Virus record (IMG/VR): IMGVR_UViG_3300027973_000030
Location: 1 to 64,000 of that record
DNA: 64,000 nucleotides
Strand: one strand, 5' to 3'
Source: a virus
Below are positions 63,887 through 64,000 of this stretch, piece after piece. The number at the start of each line of letters is the position of its first letter. Position 1 is the stretch's first letter. Below the pieces are notes generated by a model, which saw only the letters and a list, made by a program, of their open reading frames with translations, was not told where the DNA came from and searched no databases. Both the position numbers and the translations under genes were made by a program.

Positions 63887-64000
63887 ATGGAAATGGGATG
63901 TAATCTTTGTGTGGTTTATTATAGCTGCTACAAGTTTTACGCTCTGGTATAATATTATAAACTGGATAAAGAATTAACATGAAACTATATACAGAAGAAC

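Noticed and set aside
1-64000. Stop-codon reassignment as in some crAss-like phages
   Set aside because: MCP, portal, TerL and PolB are uninterrupted in the standard code, TAG and TGA both end genes, and no suppressor tRNA was seen.
1-64000. CRISPR array, DGR/retron reverse transcriptase, integrase/IS, introns or inteins in terL/polB, giant virion RNA polymerase
   Set aside because: No spaced direct-repeat array or RT/recombinase motifs were seen, and core genes have normal lengths. The crAss RNAP genes are presumably outside this window.

Overview
This window is part of an AT-rich crAss-like (Crassvirales-type) phage genome. A Bacteroidota host is inferred from TAnnTTTG promoter boxes, A/T-rich starts without obvious Shine-Dalgarno sites, and a T9SS-CTD-like protein. 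The genetic code appears standard. There are four blocks. (1) 1-23153, minus strand: a virion/packaging block with a >1200-aa tail fibre cut by the window edge, tail genes, an auxiliary capsid-like gene, a Dps/ferritin-like gene, major capsid, scaffold-like gene, portal, terminase large subunit, PD-(D/E)XK nuclease, HU/IHF-like and GNAT genes. (2) 23398-39526, plus strand: small early-type ORFs interleaved with four ~280-320 nt strongly structured intergenic regions, then an SF2 helicase, UNG and a MoxR AAA+/vWA pair. (3) 39516-48303, minus strand: a lysis cassette (holin-like genes, GH19 endolysin) that runs into an unusual envelope cassette with CsgG-like proteins, a cohesin/dockerin-like secreted protein, a T9SS-CTD-like lipoprotein, a Ca-loop membrane protein and a beta-barrel with a Ser/Ala linker. 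(4) 48423-64000, plus strand: a replication block with a DnaA-domain-IV protein, DnaB, AAA ATPase, primase, HNH, exonuclease, PolB, DUF932-like protein, dNMP kinase and metallophosphoesterase. The most striking items are a 169-nt tRNA-like RNA (GUC anticodon) with hairpin insertions in both the D-loop and variable arm, the CsgG/cohesin envelope cassette, and a D-armless tRNA-like fold after the capsid gene. All family assignments were made by eye from motifs and synteny; no searches were run.
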